Below, one piece after another: positions 28,839-39,083 of a stretch of 64,000 nt of DNA; within the stretch, counting starts at the first letter, position 1, and each line of letters begins with the position of its first letter. The DNA is from Bacteriovoracaceae bacterium (GTDB lineage: Bacteria; Bdellovibrionota; Bacteriovoracia; Bacteriovoracales; Bacteriovoracaceae). The notes below the pieces were generated by a model. It was not told the DNA's origin. It saw only the letters and a list, made by a program, of their open reading frames with translations, and ran no database searches. The position numbers and the translations under genes are program-made. The DNA is taken from contig JABIHA010000086.1 in NCBI GenBank assembly GCA_018649885.1, forward strand, positions 1 to 64,000, read 5' to 3'.

Positions 28839-30687
28839 TCTTATCTTCGCAGCTATTGTTGCCTTTACCTTTAATACCAATATCGCTCGTGCAGGTTTTG
28901 CCGGAGATGCTGGCAATGGTGAGATTCTTGTTGGCTGTAATGTTAAGCTGAAGAAGAATGGTTATTTGAAAATCAAATCACTTTCACCAATTGATTTTGT
29001 TGAGGCGAAAAGGTCGAACCCTAACTATCAAGTGGCACACGATCGTCAGACAAGCATTTATAAGCAAGTTATGGTTGCCATTAAGAAAATTGAAGCTGTT
29101 GACAGTAAGTATGCACAACTTGTTGAAAGAGAATTTCAATTCATGATCAGTCGCTATGGTGATCAACCATTTAGAGATGTTCCTGGAATGGATTTTCTAG
29201 ATGAATTGAAGCCTGAAAATTTCATATCAACTTTTATCTATCCTTCAGCGGGTTCACTAACAGAGACTAATGATAGGTATAGTGTTTTTAAAATTCAAGA
29301 AGGTTGTAAGCATTTTCAATTAGTTAACTATCCTGAAAATCTTGAACGCTTTAGCAGCCCAAGAGATGTTAATAATGAGGACAAAATAAAAATTTCTCTC
29401 TCTCTTTGGAATAAAAGAAAGCGTGCTAAGGGCAATCCCAAATACAATAGGAAGCTTTTAACTAAAACTGATAAAGCAGCTGTATTTCTCCACGAAGCGA
29501 TTTACAAAGTTGAAAGAGATTATTTTGATGCTAAGCTTTCAGTACATACTTTAAAAGTTGTTGCAAAATTATTTGAAAAAAATGGAATCCTTTCAGCTTC
29601 AACATTATTTCCAAAATCTAACAAGATTTTTTCAAATGAATCTTTCACCTTTGGAAATATAACTGATTTCTTCTCATACAAAGGCAAATTTGTAGATGTA
29701 TCTGCAAGTTCTTTAAATGCTTCTCAGTGGGACGTGTTTGGATATGTTGGGGTTAGGGGCTATGATGACAAGCTCTATATTGAGGGCTACGGCCCACGAT
29801 CTTTGAGTACTGGTTTTAGATTCTCTGGAGATACTCAACCAAAGATTGCCTTTCTTGGAGATAACCAGTCTCTAGTAATTGGTGATGTTCTTCAAAGTTC
29901 AGTCTGTCCATTGGCCTTCGAAGAGAAACCTGAAATGGAAGCTTGCGGAAGCAACTTTATGGTTCACCAAGGGGTTATTAAAATTCGCCCTTACCTAAGT
30001 GGCAGTGCAAAAGTAATTTGTAAAGTTCTCTACGGAAAAGAAGTGATGCTTTGTGGAGTTGATGAAAATTCAAGTGCCAGAGGAAGAGGTATTTCAAAGT
30101 ATATTGTACTCCAAAAGAACCCTGGTTTCGAAGGTGGCAATTTAAGTCAGAAAATTAAAGAAACTAAGTGGACCTTGGTTGGGAAAGTTAAAGAAGTTAA
30201 TGATGATGTTATGATCAATATGTTTCAAGGTACCGACCAGGCACTTAAAGGGGTTGTTGACTCTTATAGCAGGCTGCTATTTGGAACCAACAATGAGTTT
30301 CACATGGTAGCGGATTTTCAGAATGAGATTTGTTCTGAAGGTGAAGGTATCACCGCTAGAGATGTTCTTGGCGAAGATATACCAGAAAGGTACTCCATGG
30401 GTGATGCTGTAGGAGCTATGAGCACCGGCCGGCTGGTAGGACCTACTGCAATAGGAATGGTTTCAATTGCAGAAACTATTACTGCTAAGGAGCATTTGAC
30501 TTGTGGAAGCAATTATTCAGTAAGGGGTGATAAAATATTACTTAGCAGTGAAGATGGGAATGTAGACGATAGTGTTGCCTGTATTACAAACTATCATTTT
30601 AATTACTTAATTTGCTATTCTGTGAAGGCTCCAGGTTTTAATCTCAGTGTTTATAAAAATGATTGCGAAGGCCCTGCTTGTAATTAA
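28828..30687 (+). CDS. Hypothetical secreted protein (likely start MKINL at 28828)
   Basis: Signal peptide followed by GDAGNG; A.FLHEAIY motif; overlaps end of the HTH gene. Confidence 0.75.
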   Translation: MKINLIFAAIVAFTFNTNIARAGFAGDAGNGEILVGCNVKLKKNGYLKIKSLSPIDFVEAKRSNPNYQVAHDRQTSIYKQVMVAIKKIEAVDSKYAQLVEREFQFMISRYGDQPFRDVPGMDFLDELKPENFISTFIYPSAGSLTETNDRYSVFKIQEGCKHFQLVNYPENLERFSSPRDVNNEDKIKISLSLWNKRKRAKGNPKYNRKLLTKTDKAAVFLHEAIYKVERDYFDAKLSVHTLKVVAKLFEKNGILSASTLFPKSNKIFSNESFTFGNITDFFSYKGKFVDVSASSLNASQWDVFGYVGVRGYDDKLYIEGYGPRSLSTGFRFSGDTQPKIAFLGDNQSLVIGDVLQSSVCPLAFEEKPEMEACGSNFMVHQGVIKIRPYLSGSAKVICKVLYGKEVMLCGVDENSSARGRGISKYIVLQKNPGFEGGNLSQKIKETKWTLVGKVKEVNDDVMINMFQGTDQALKGVVDSYSRLLFGTNNEFHMVADFQNEICSEGEGITARDVLGEDIPERYSMGDAVGAMSTGRLVGPTAIGMVSIAETITAKEHLTCGSNYSVRGDKILLSSEDGNVDDSVACITNYHFNYLICYSVKAPGFNLSVYKNDCEGPACN

Positions 30688-30692
30688 AGATA

Positions 30693-31706
30693 TTAAATCA
30701 AATATGTATTTCCACTGCAATCTGATTTAATTCTATTGCTCAGAATTGAGTTTTCATATCGATCATAAAACTCACTGCGCCCTAGGGATAAATAGTCTTT
30801 AAGGGTCTTAACCTCAAAATCAATTAAGTCATCTTCAAGATCACCATGAACCCCAGCGATATGAGAGCTTGTTAGGGCGTTTTTAACCTGGTCAAATGCG
30901 CTCAGATCATCCGGTTCATTTTCAAAAACATCTAAGTAGACAAAGGCTTTGGGATTACCTGTGAGGAATTCTCTGAGTGCCAGCTGGTCAATGAGAGCTC
31001 CTCTGGCTGCATTAATGATGACACAATTATCACTAAGGCCTTCAAAAAAGCTTTTATCTAGTAGATGTCTTGAGCTGGGATTAAGGCCACAGGCCAGAAT
31101 TACATGGTCAAATCGGGTATGTTCAAGAGTTTCTAAAACAGAGGTCTTAATCATGGCCGGAGAGTCATAACTTGATTTTTGTTCTTTAAAAGGATCAAAG
31201 GTGGTGCAATTTACGCCAGCTGAATCCAATTGTTTGTGGACAATTGTCCCGATCTGTCCATTTCCTATAATTAAGACTTTTCTTTTTTCAATAAGTGTTC
31301 TTTCAAAACTTCGAAATGCGTCCCACTCATTACAAAAGGGGATCTTTTCGATAGAGTGAAAAAAGCATTTTATTATATATTCAGAAACTGCACGGGCCCT
31401 CAATTTGTTTCCGAGTACAATGGGGAAATCAACGCTCGATGTGAAATCGAGTGAAAAATTGTCATGGCCTGAATTGCTGTGAATGATGAGACTCGTTTTA
31501 TCAAGTAGTGCCGTGTCCAGTTTGTTAAAGTCAACCTGAGTAGTAGAAATTAAAATGAGTTTTTCAAAATCACAGCTCTGCTCTTTTTCTATAAAATGAA
31601 GTCCTTCAATTTCATTGATACAATCTTTCTCCCGTGAGCTAAAATTTTTGGTAAAATACCTTGAGAGATTTAATCTTAAAATTCCATAGCTGCTATGTTT
31701 TTTCAT
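30693..31706 (-). CDS. D-isomer-specific 2-hydroxyacid dehydrogenase family protein
   Basis: IIGNGQIG, INAARG.LID, LDVFENEP, SHIAG. Confidence 0.85.
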   Translation of the reverse strand: MKKHSSYGILRLNLSRYFTKNFSSREKDCINEIEGLHFIEKEQSCDFEKLILISTTQVDFNKLDTALLDKTSLIIHSNSGHDNFSLDFTSSVDFPIVLGNKLRARAVSEYIIKCFFHSIEKIPFCNEWDAFRSFERTLIEKRKVLIIGNGQIGTIVHKQLDSAGVNCTTFDPFKEQKSSYDSPAMIKTSVLETLEHTRFDHVILACGLNPSSRHLLDKSFFEGLSDNCVIINAARGALIDQLALREFLTGNPKAFVYLDVFENEPDDLSAFDQVKNALTSSHIAGVHGDLEDDLIDFEVKTLKDYLSLGRSEFYDRYENSILSNRIKSDCSGNTYLI

Positions 31707-31812
31707 GGAAGAAATTTAGTGTATAGTGAGGGGAATTGACAATATATTAGGTGTTTAATTTTGGTGTTCTTTTTGGTAATAATGCTTTTAGTCAAATACT
31801 GAGGATAGGAAA

Positions 31813-32592
31813 ATGGTATCAATAAAGTCCACTAGAGAAATAGACTTAATGCGTAAGACATGTGATTTGGCAAAGCTTACACTTGAGTTTCTTGGTGAGC
31901 ATGTAAAAGCAGGTGTCTCAACTGAGAAAATTAATCAGCTGACGCACGATTTTATTGTTGAGCACAATGCCTACCCATCTCCTCTAAATTACAGAGGGTT
32001 CCCCAAATCAGTTTGCACATCCCTAAATCAAGTTATTTGCCACGGAATTCCAACTGAAAAAGAAGTTCTAAGTGATGGAGATATTATCAACATTGATGTC
32101 ACCACCTATCTCAATAAATTTCACGGCGACACCAATAAAACATTTTTTGTGGGCCAAGCTTCGGATAGTACCATAAGGCTAGTTGAAACCACTTACTCTG
32201 CCATGTTGGCCGGGATTAAGTGTGTAAGGCCTGGTGGCAGACTAGGAGATATTGGTGCGGCCATTCAAGAGATTGTTGAGGGAGCCGGTTACTCAGTTGT
32301 GAGAGAGTACTGTGGACATGGCATTGGTCGAGAGTTTCATGAAGATCCGCAAGTTCTACACTATGGAAATAGAGGAACAGGCATAGAGCTCAAGCCTGGA
32401 ATGACCTTTACAATTGAGCCAATGGTTAACGAAGGCTCTGCAGGCTGCAGGCTATTAAAAGATGATTGGACAGTTGTCACTAGGGATGACTCATTATCAG
32501 CTCAATTTGAACATACAATTTTGGTTACTCCGGCTGGATATGAGATATTAACTCTTCGGGATGAGGAAGATCAAAGTTTGAGATTAGGCTAA
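31813..32592 (+). CDS. map: Methionine aminopeptidase type I
   Basis: CTS.N.VICHGIP, DGDIINIDVT, GHGIG..FHE.P, FTIEPM, SAQFEHT. Confidence 0.97.
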   Translation: MVSIKSTREIDLMRKTCDLAKLTLEFLGEHVKAGVSTEKINQLTHDFIVEHNAYPSPLNYRGFPKSVCTSLNQVICHGIPTEKEVLSDGDIINIDVTTYLNKFHGDTNKTFFVGQASDSTIRLVETTYSAMLAGIKCVRPGGRLGDIGAAIQEIVEGAGYSVVREYCGHGIGREFHEDPQVLHYGNRGTGIELKPGMTFTIEPMVNEGSAGCRLLKDDWTVVTRDDSLSAQFEHTILVTPAGYEILTLRDEEDQSLRLG

Positions 32593-32598
32593 GTTGTA

Positions 32599-33300
32599 AT
32601 GAATGATACTATTCAATTCAATCACGATTTGGAATTCGCGGGCCAACGGATCTCTATAGAACTCACAATCGATCAAAATCAATATTCTATAATATCGTCA
32701 AAATTCACCCATGACCAACCAGCATGGCTTCCACTTACCGACGCTATTGAAGCCTCTATTGCATCAATGGATGTTGAAAAGGCCCGCTTTTTATCAATTG
32801 AGGATATTAAAGGGTTTTGCACTCAAATTCCGTTTCCATGTTATCCACTTCATTTATTGAAAGCGGGGCTAAATGAGTATGTTGGAGTTGAGAGTGAGAA
32901 TTTTGATAAGGATATTGTGTGCAGATGTTTTGGAGTGAGTGCCTCTGAAATAAGTGATAGCATTAAAGCCTACGATATTACGAAAGTGACTTCTCTTACT
33001 GAGAAATTGTCGGCTGGGGCCCTTTGTGGAAGCTGCGTGCCAGATTTAATCGAAATGATAATTGAACAATTTGGTGATCAACTAAAGAGTCAGTTTTTTC
33101 CTGAGAAAGTGAGTCCAGCAGAGATTGTATTAGGTGCCGAGAGAGTCTTTTCACATTTTGAGCATGGGACAAGGAAAATAGAGATTCTTGGAGTGAAAAA
33201 TAAAACAATTCTTTTGAAAGTCATAGAAAGTGAAGATTTGGCCAACTTTGTGGTAAGGATGGAATATTTTCTTCCTGAAGGGTTTAGTTTTTCTTTTTAG
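32599..33300 (+). CDS. Protein with BFD-like [2Fe-2S] domain (NifU-related)
   Basis: IVCRCFGVS…AGALCGSC motif. Confidence 0.7.
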   Translation: MNDTIQFNHDLEFAGQRISIELTIDQNQYSIISSKFTHDQPAWLPLTDAIEASIASMDVEKARFLSIEDIKGFCTQIPFPCYPLHLLKAGLNEYVGVESENFDKDIVCRCFGVSASEISDSIKAYDITKVTSLTEKLSAGALCGSCVPDLIEMIIEQFGDQLKSQFFPEKVSPAEIVLGAERVFSHFEHGTRKIEILGVKNKTILLKVIESEDLANFVVRMEYFLPEGFSFSF

Positions 33301-33913
33301 CGGCGTCTTTTTTGCTGGTTTGCTGACATTTTTTGTAGATACTATCAAGGTCATCTAGTCTTTGAATAATTGGTTTTATTCCTCCACTATCTTTTATAAT
33401 TGTACTTGAATCCACAACGTCTCGAAGACTTTTGTACCGGTATAAAAGCGTTGCAAGCTCTGGAACTTCTTCCTCTAGGCATTTGGCCCTTGTCATCATT
33501 CCCTGAATTGAAAAAATATAATCAAAGAATATCAGCTCGGCTTTGGAAATAAATTCAATAATAAAGATTCTTTTAACCTCACTCGCTGGGATATGTGATT
33601 TTTTAGGAATGTTAAATAATTTTTTCTTATTGAGAAGCAAGTTCTTGAGAAGAGCAACTGAAACGGAGAGTCCCTTAGGTTTGCAAATCTTTTCGTAATA
33701 TTCTTTATTAAGTTCAATATCGCCAAAGGTTGTTAGCTCCTCAATTAGTCTTTGGTTTAGCTTGTAGACTGGTCCAAAAACTCTATTTTTATGGATGGAA
33801 AGTTCTTCGAGTCCAAGGCATCTCAAGGTAGATCTATTTGGGGAGACCTCTGCACTGTGGGCCTGAAAGGCAATAAAAATAAGAAAAATCGACCAAGATA
33901 CTTTCATAACCAC
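33284..33913 (-). CDS. Hypothetical secreted protein
   Basis: 209-aa ORF with signal peptide. Confidence 0.7.
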   Translation of the reverse strand: MVMKVSWSIFLIFIAFQAHSAEVSPNRSTLRCLGLEELSIHKNRVFGPVYKLNQRLIEELTTFGDIELNKEYYEKICKPKGLSVSVALLKNLLLNKKKLFNIPKKSHIPASEVKRIFIIEFISKAELIFFDYIFSIQGMMTRAKCLEEEVPELATLLYRYKSLRDVVDSSTIIKDSGGIKPIIQRLDDLDSIYKKCQQTSKKDAAKKKN

Positions 33914-34041
33914 TTAAAAATACTGGGTTTCCTTCTGTCTGTCATCTATCATACTGAGTTCTTCGGTGAAAACTTAAAATTATTGAATAATGGGGAAATC
34001 ATTGGCGGGACAAAACCAGTATCAGTTGATATAAATGCTTT

Positions 34042-34797
34042 GTGCGAGATATGAGTTTTGTAGAACATTTAGAAGAGCTAAGAAGAGCTGTTGTCCATAT
34101 AGTAATTATATTGGGTGTGGGCTTTATGATTTGCTACGGTCTAGGGGACTATATCTCCGAGTTTCTTTTGCATCCTCTAAGAGACGTTTTACTCGAAAAA
34201 ATTTCAGGCCAAATAGTTTATTTAGGAATTCTCGACAAAGTCCTTTCTCAATTTCAAGTCGCTTTTTGGTCAGCGGTGCTTTTGACATCACCCTTTTGGT
34301 TTTTTGAGATTTGGCGCTTTATAAAACCTGGACTATTTGAAAAAGAAGTAAAAGTTATAAGACCCTTTATTTTCGCAGGATTTCTATTTTTCTGTCTCGG
34401 GGTTGCTTTTGGATATTTTATTGTGTTTCCCCTGACTTTCGAAACTATTATGAGTTTTGGAGTTTCCGATATTTCAGCACAAATTGGCATCAAAGATTAT
34501 CTTATTTTAGTTGTAAAAGTGCTGGTTTTTTTAGGTATCGTTTTTCAGCTGCCCAATATTTTATTAATTTTGGGATTTATGGGAGTTGTGACCAAGTACT
34601 CACTCAGATCAAAAAGACGATATGTTTTGGTGGGATTCGCTGTACTCAGTGCAATGTTAACCCCACCGGATGTTATAACTATGATGGGGCTGTGGGTTCC
34701 TCTTGTACTACTTTATGAGGTAGGGATTTTGGCCGTGGCCGTTATTGTTCACCCCTACCTTGCTAGACAAACTCAGCTAGCTAGCTCCAAAGAGTAA
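34042..34797 (+). CDS. tatC: Twin-arginine translocase subunit TatC
   Basis: HLEELRR, W.FI.PGL…E, FQLP, A.LTPPD, LYE motifs. Confidence 0.95.
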   Translation: MRDMSFVEHLEELRRAVVHIVIILGVGFMICYGLGDYISEFLLHPLRDVLLEKISGQIVYLGILDKVLSQFQVAFWSAVLLTSPFWFFEIWRFIKPGLFEKEVKVIRPFIFAGFLFFCLGVAFGYFIVFPLTFETIMSFGVSDISAQIGIKDYLILVVKVLVFLGIVFQLPNILLILGFMGVVTKYSLRSKRRYVLVGFAVLSAMLTPPDVITMMGLWVPLVLLYEVGILAVAVIVHPYLARQTQLASSKE

Positions 34798-34799
34798 AA

Positions 34800-35345
34800 T
34801 TATTCCTTACAAAGATGCTTAAATCTATTTTTGTATAAAAACCGATGATAAGAAACTGAGAAATAGGGCTGCTTTGGCCTTAAATCAACCTTGTGTGAAT
34901 GAAACCCTGAAAATGTTGCTTGTACTACTTCTGAGAGGTTCTCTCCGTAAAATAGTGGAGGACAGCTTCCCGCTTGTTTTCTGGCCTTATCAAAGAGGTG
35001 TGGGTGAGGCTTTTTAAGTTCTTCTTTTGGAGGTGTGAGTATGACCTTAAAGGCCTTCCACAGCATTGGTTTTTTATCGCCCCAGTTGTCATCAACAAGG
35101 TCCTTTAAAACTTTGACTCTGTCCTCATTAGTAACTCCCCAAGAGACAGGAACATTTGTAATGATCCCCAGCTGGTAGTCTTTTTTTACAAGCCATTCCA
35201 AGTACTCCCAAGACTTTTGAGTGTAGACGTATAAACCTTTGTCATTTTTTTTAATAAGGGTATCGCCCAAATCAAAAAAGACCCACGGTCCGGCCATTAA
35301 ATTCATGGATATTGTTAGGGCCATTAAAAAGAAAACGCGTTTCAT
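34800..35345 (-). CDS. Secreted HAD-superfamily hydrolase-like protein
   Basis: FFDLGDTL, GIITN, KPHP.LF motifs; signal peptide. Confidence 0.7.
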   Translation of the reverse strand: MKRVFFLMALTISMNLMAGPWVFFDLGDTLIKKNDKGLYVYTQKSWEYLEWLVKKDYQLGIITNVPVSWGVTNEDRVKVLKDLVDDNWGDKKPMLWKAFKVILTPPKEELKKPHPHLFDKARKQAGSCPPLFYGENLSEVVQATFSGFHSHKVDLRPKQPYFSVSYHRFLYKNRFKHLCKE

Positions 35346-35355
35346 GGTATAACTC

Positions 35356-36237
35356 CTATAAAATGAGTAGTAATTCTCTTGCGACTTTTGAAGCGAGACA
35401 AGAACTTCTACCTGTTGGGTCTAAGTTAGGTGCCAGCTCAACTATGTCTGCACCGACAATATTTTTGGTATTTAATACTTTTAGAATTCTGATAAAACTT
35501 TGAAAGCTCTCTCCTCCGGCTTCAGGAGTTCCTGTTCCCGGTACTTCGCTGGGGTCAAAGAAATCTAGATCTAGGGTAAGATATATGGGTCTATCTACAG
35601 CAATATTTTCTAATTTTAATATTAACTCATCTAGTGAGTGGCAAAGAGTTTTCATTTCTTCCATCCACTCAAATTCTTCTTTTGTCCCAGAGCGGATACC
35701 ATATTGGATAATTTTGTGACCATTTTGAAGGTGATCACATATTCTGCGAATAATACTGGCATGTGAAAAATGCTCTCCCCTATATCCATCTCTTAGATCG
35801 GCGTGGGCGTCAAGATGAACAACCACTAAGTCGTCGTATTCCCCCAGGTATTTTTTGATAGGAGCGTAGGAGATAGAGTGTTCCCCTCCAAGAGTTAAAA
35901 GCTTAATTTTTTCTTTTGATAGGACTACTCCTTCAAAGATTGAATCAAACTTTTTATACCAAGAGAGGGGACTTTCGCCCTGATCTTCAAGATTGCCTAT
36001 ATCGACAATCTGTTTGCCTTCTAGGTCTTTTTCTAAGTAAGGGGAGTAGGTTTCAAGGTTTTGGGAAGCTGCTCGTAGTTCACGTGGTCCATCTTTCGAT
36101 CCCGCTCTATAACAAGAGGTCCCATCAAAACAAACTCCAATTATGTGGGTATAAGAAGGGAGCAACTTAGAGCTGGGAGCTATATCTAAAAATGGTGTGG
36201 AAAGTTGAAGTCCTTGTATCTCCTTGCCTGCACTCAT
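35356..36237 (-). CDS. speB: Agmatinase
   Basis: GGEHS, DAHADL, TLDLDFFDP…PGTGTPE; coupled to speE. Confidence 0.9.
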   Translation of the reverse strand: MSAGKEIQGLQLSTPFLDIAPSSKLLPSYTHIIGVCFDGTSCYRAGSKDGPRELRAASQNLETYSPYLEKDLEGKQIVDIGNLEDQGESPLSWYKKFDSIFEGVVLSKEKIKLLTLGGEHSISYAPIKKYLGEYDDLVVVHLDAHADLRDGYRGEHFSHASIIRRICDHLQNGHKIIQYGIRSGTKEEFEWMEEMKTLCHSLDELILKLENIAVDRPIYLTLDLDFFDPSEVPGTGTPEAGGESFQSFIRILKVLNTKNIVGADIVELAPNLDPTGRSSCLASKVARELLLIL

Positions 36238-37097
36238 TACAGCCCCACTCCTGTTATTTTCTTTTGAAAATTAGAAAGAGCAAAGGCAGATTTGTGCCAC
36301 TGCATATTGTACCATTTTAAATCTCTTTGAATGCGGGTCATATCAGCCGTCAGTTCGCTATTTAAGTGATCTCCTCTGACTCCCTTTGAAGCAAAGGCAA
36401 AGGTCCAAAATACACCAGGGTAGATGAGCATTGGGGCCCAATAGGACTGGACATTTTTAAAGCATGATCTCAAGTTGTCATATATTTTCTTTATATTGTA
36501 TTCGTCTAAAAAAGGGTTCTCAGTTTGGGCCACCATGATGCCGTCACTTGTGAGTGCTTTGCTTGCAGAGTTGTAGAAATCTCGAGTGAAAAGACCACTG
36601 GCAAAATCTTCTGGATCAGTAGAATCAATACAAATAATATCGTATTCATTTTCAATGTTGGTCAGAAACCGGGTGCCATCTTTAGCTAGTACATTTACGC
36701 GTGGATCACTAAGGGCACTGGTACATCCGGGAAAATAGGTTTTACTTACTTCTATCACTCGTTCATCGATTTCAACCAAATCTATTCTCTCAAGTCTTTG
36801 GTGTTTAGCTAGCTCTCTTACGACTCCGCCATCTCCACCACCAATGACTAAGGCCTTGGTCGGATTTTTTGAACACATAAAGGGAATGTGACCCATGACT
36901 TCATGGTAGACGAATTCATCAATGTCGCTAACCATTGTTTTTCCATCAAGGGTCAGAAGACGGCCAATGGCATGGGTTTCATAGACATCAATTTGCTGAT
37001 ATTTAGAGCGCTCGCTGTGAAGGTGGGCCTTAACTTTGTATCCCGAGGTGTAAGAGTTGAAAAAAGATGTTTCGTGGTACCAACCATCTTGATACAT
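36237..37097 (-). CDS. speE: Spermidine synthase / polyamine aminopropyltransferase
   Basis: S.YQ.I, LDG, DEFVYHE, LVIGGGDGG, VEID, DSTDP. Confidence 0.95.
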   Translation of the reverse strand: MYQDGWYHETSFFNSYTSGYKVKAHLHSERSKYQQIDVYETHAIGRLLTLDGKTMVSDIDEFVYHEVMGHIPFMCSKNPTKALVIGGGDGGVVRELAKHQRLERIDLVEIDERVIEVSKTYFPGCTSALSDPRVNVLAKDGTRFLTNIENEYDIICIDSTDPEDFASGLFTRDFYNSASKALTSDGIMVAQTENPFLDEYNIKKIYDNLRSCFKNVQSYWAPMLIYPGVFWTFAFASKGVRGDHLNSELTADMTRIQRDLKWYNMQWHKSAFALSNFQKKITGVGL

Positions 37098-37341
37098 ATT
37101 TATTCCTTAATGCGCAAAGCGCCAAGAATTATCATAAGGGCCCGCTAAGCATAAAAAATCACAGCTGACTTAGCAAGCTTCCATCTACTCAAAAATCAAT
37201 TGCAGGTGCTTTTTTAGAGGGATTCACCATGATGCCTTTAGTTATTTCCTCCATTTTAGACCGAGGGAGTTGTGAAGCTGTAGCAAAGGCCGGCCAAGCA
37301 GTATAAAATAGACTGGTTAAACAGTTCATAAGGAAAGAGAA

Positions 37342-38319
37342 ATGATTGTTGTTACAGGTGGGGCAGGCTTTATCGGCAGTTGCTTAGTCAAGGAACTAAA
37401 CAACTCTGGCAGAGCTGACATAACTATCGTCGATAGACTTCATTCAGGCGAGAAGTGGAAGAATTTAAATAATCTCATGTATGAGGATTTTATTCATGCA
37501 GATAGATTTATGACCCAAGATGTATTCAGTGCAGTTCTCGAAAAGGCCAGTATGGTTTTTCATCTGGGAGCATGTTCAAGCACCACTGAAAAAGATGCTG
37601 ATTATTTAATGAAAAATAACCTAGGCTTTTCTAAGGCCTTGTTTAATATTTGTGCTCAAAAAAAGATTCCTTTTATTTATGCAAGTTCTGGGGCCACTTA
37701 TGGCCTTGGTGAAAATGGGTTTTCTGACAGTGATGACATCACTGATAGACTGAGACCAATAAATTGCTATGGATATTCTAAGAGGGCATTCGATAGTTGG
37801 GCGATTTCACAAAAGAGTACTCCTCCTGTTTGGGTTGGGCTTCGATTCTTTAATGTATTTGGACCCAATGAGTATCATAAAGAAAAAATGAGATCTGTTG
37901 TCGTCCAAGCATTTGCTCAGGCCAAAGAAAAAGGAGAGATTCGTTTATTTAATTCTGATAACCCTGAGTACGCTGATGGTGAGCAATTACGAGATTTTAT
38001 TTATGTTGGGGATGTGGTTAAGGCCATGATCCAAATTTCTAGATTAGAAAACCCAAAAAGTGGAATATATAATCTGGGTACAGGTAAGTGCAGAAACTTC
38101 AATGATTTGGCAGGAGCAGTATTTTCGGCCCTTGAAATGGAGGGGAAGATTACCTATTTCGATATGCCAGAAAATCTAAAGGGTCAGTATCAATATTACA
38201 CATGTGCCGATATGGATAAGTTTAAGACCCTATTGCCCCGATTTGAATTTATGGGCCTGGAAGAGAGTGTTAAAGATTACATCACTAACTATTTAGACAA
38301 AGAAAACCGCTATTACTGA
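37342..38319 (+). CDS. hldD: ADP-L-glycero-D-manno-heptose 6-epimerase
   Basis: VTGGAGFIGS, HLGACSSTTE.D, YASS.ATYG, YGYSK, RFFNVFGPNEYHK, YQYYT.AD. Confidence 0.95.
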   Translation: MIVVTGGAGFIGSCLVKELNNSGRADITIVDRLHSGEKWKNLNNLMYEDFIHADRFMTQDVFSAVLEKASMVFHLGACSSTTEKDADYLMKNNLGFSKALFNICAQKKIPFIYASSGATYGLGENGFSDSDDITDRLRPINCYGYSKRAFDSWAISQKSTPPVWVGLRFFNVFGPNEYHKEKMRSVVVQAFAQAKEKGEIRLFNSDNPEYADGEQLRDFIYVGDVVKAMIQISRLENPKSGIYNLGTGKCRNFNDLAGAVFSALEMEGKITYFDMPENLKGQYQYYTCADMDKFKTLLPRFEFMGLEESVKDYITNYLDKENRYY

Positions 38320-38328
38320 GGAATAAGT

Positions 38329-38769
38329 ATCGCCAAGGCCAAAATAACATTCAATGGAGTCAAGGAGGCCTTAAAGCTGCTTCAGAACCTGGATTCTGAG
38401 CACAGGGAGAAGTTGCTCCAAAGTATGGCCGAATCTGACCCCGAAGTTGTCGAGGTCCTTAGAAAATATATTGTAGGGATCGAAGATTTACTTTACCTGA
38501 CAGAAGACATGCTAAGTCTTTTGCTTCGAAAGTTTGACCCAGAGTTTATTGCTCTCGCTCTCAGAGGTAAAAGCGAGAAACTTCAGAATTTCTTTTTAAC
38601 CAAGGTTTCGAGCAGAATGAAAAAGGACATGAGGGAAGTCCTTGAAGGCCCTCCAAAGCCTGCCCATGAAGTCCAAAAGGCTGTAGAAGAGGTCATGATC
38701 TATGTTAGAGAGAAAGTAAAAACGGGCGAAATAGTAATAGATAAAAGTGGTAGCACAAAGTACGTGTAA
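38329..38769 (+). CDS. Stand-alone FliG C-terminal-domain protein (open frame extends upstream to ATC at 38329)
   Basis: GVKEA..LL..LD, EDL..L, IALALRG, S.RM…MRE, V..A.EE pattern of FliG-C. Confidence 0.75.
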   Translation: MAKAKITFNGVKEALKLLQNLDSEHREKLLQSMAESDPEVVEVLRKYIVGIEDLLYLTEDMLSLLLRKFDPEFIALALRGKSEKLQNFFLTKVSSRMKKDMREVLEGPPKPAHEVQKAVEEVMIYVREKVKTGEIVIDKSGSTKYV

Positions 38770-38912
38770 TTTTTTCTTACATATCATCACCTCACAAACT
38801 GGACAAAATGCCACCTTCACATTGTTCCAATTTGTCACCAACGGGCGTGGAACAACCCCACCTTAATTTTTCTTTGACGCGGTAAATCTCTAAATTTATT
38901 TAGTTTAGAACT

Positions 38913-38928
38913 TGGCACCATCCTTGCT
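38913..38928 (+). promoter_or_regulatory. Sigma54 (-24/-12) promoter
   Basis: TGGCAC-CATCC-TTGCT matches TGGCAC-N5-TTGCW with GG-N10-GC spacing. Confidence 0.85.
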
Positions 38929-38939
38929 TTATACAGGGG

Positions 38940-39083
38940 CAAGCAGGCCGGAGGACAGGAAGTCTTTTGGTAGGGCATGGAAGCCCAGGTGTCCTGCCAG
39001 TGTCGCATGGATGAGGCGCTTAAGACTTTAGTGACAAAAAGGATTTTCTGTCACCCCAGAGGTATAGAATAGGAGGAATATTT
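38940..39083 (+). promoter_or_regulatory. Structured leader with multiple GGA-loop hairpins (CsrA/RsmA-type sites)
   Basis: GAC-AGGAA-GTC, GGGC-ATGGAA-GCCC, CA-TGGA-TG, GTGACAAAAA-GGA-TTTTCTGTCAC, then AGGAGGA RBS. Confidence 0.7.
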
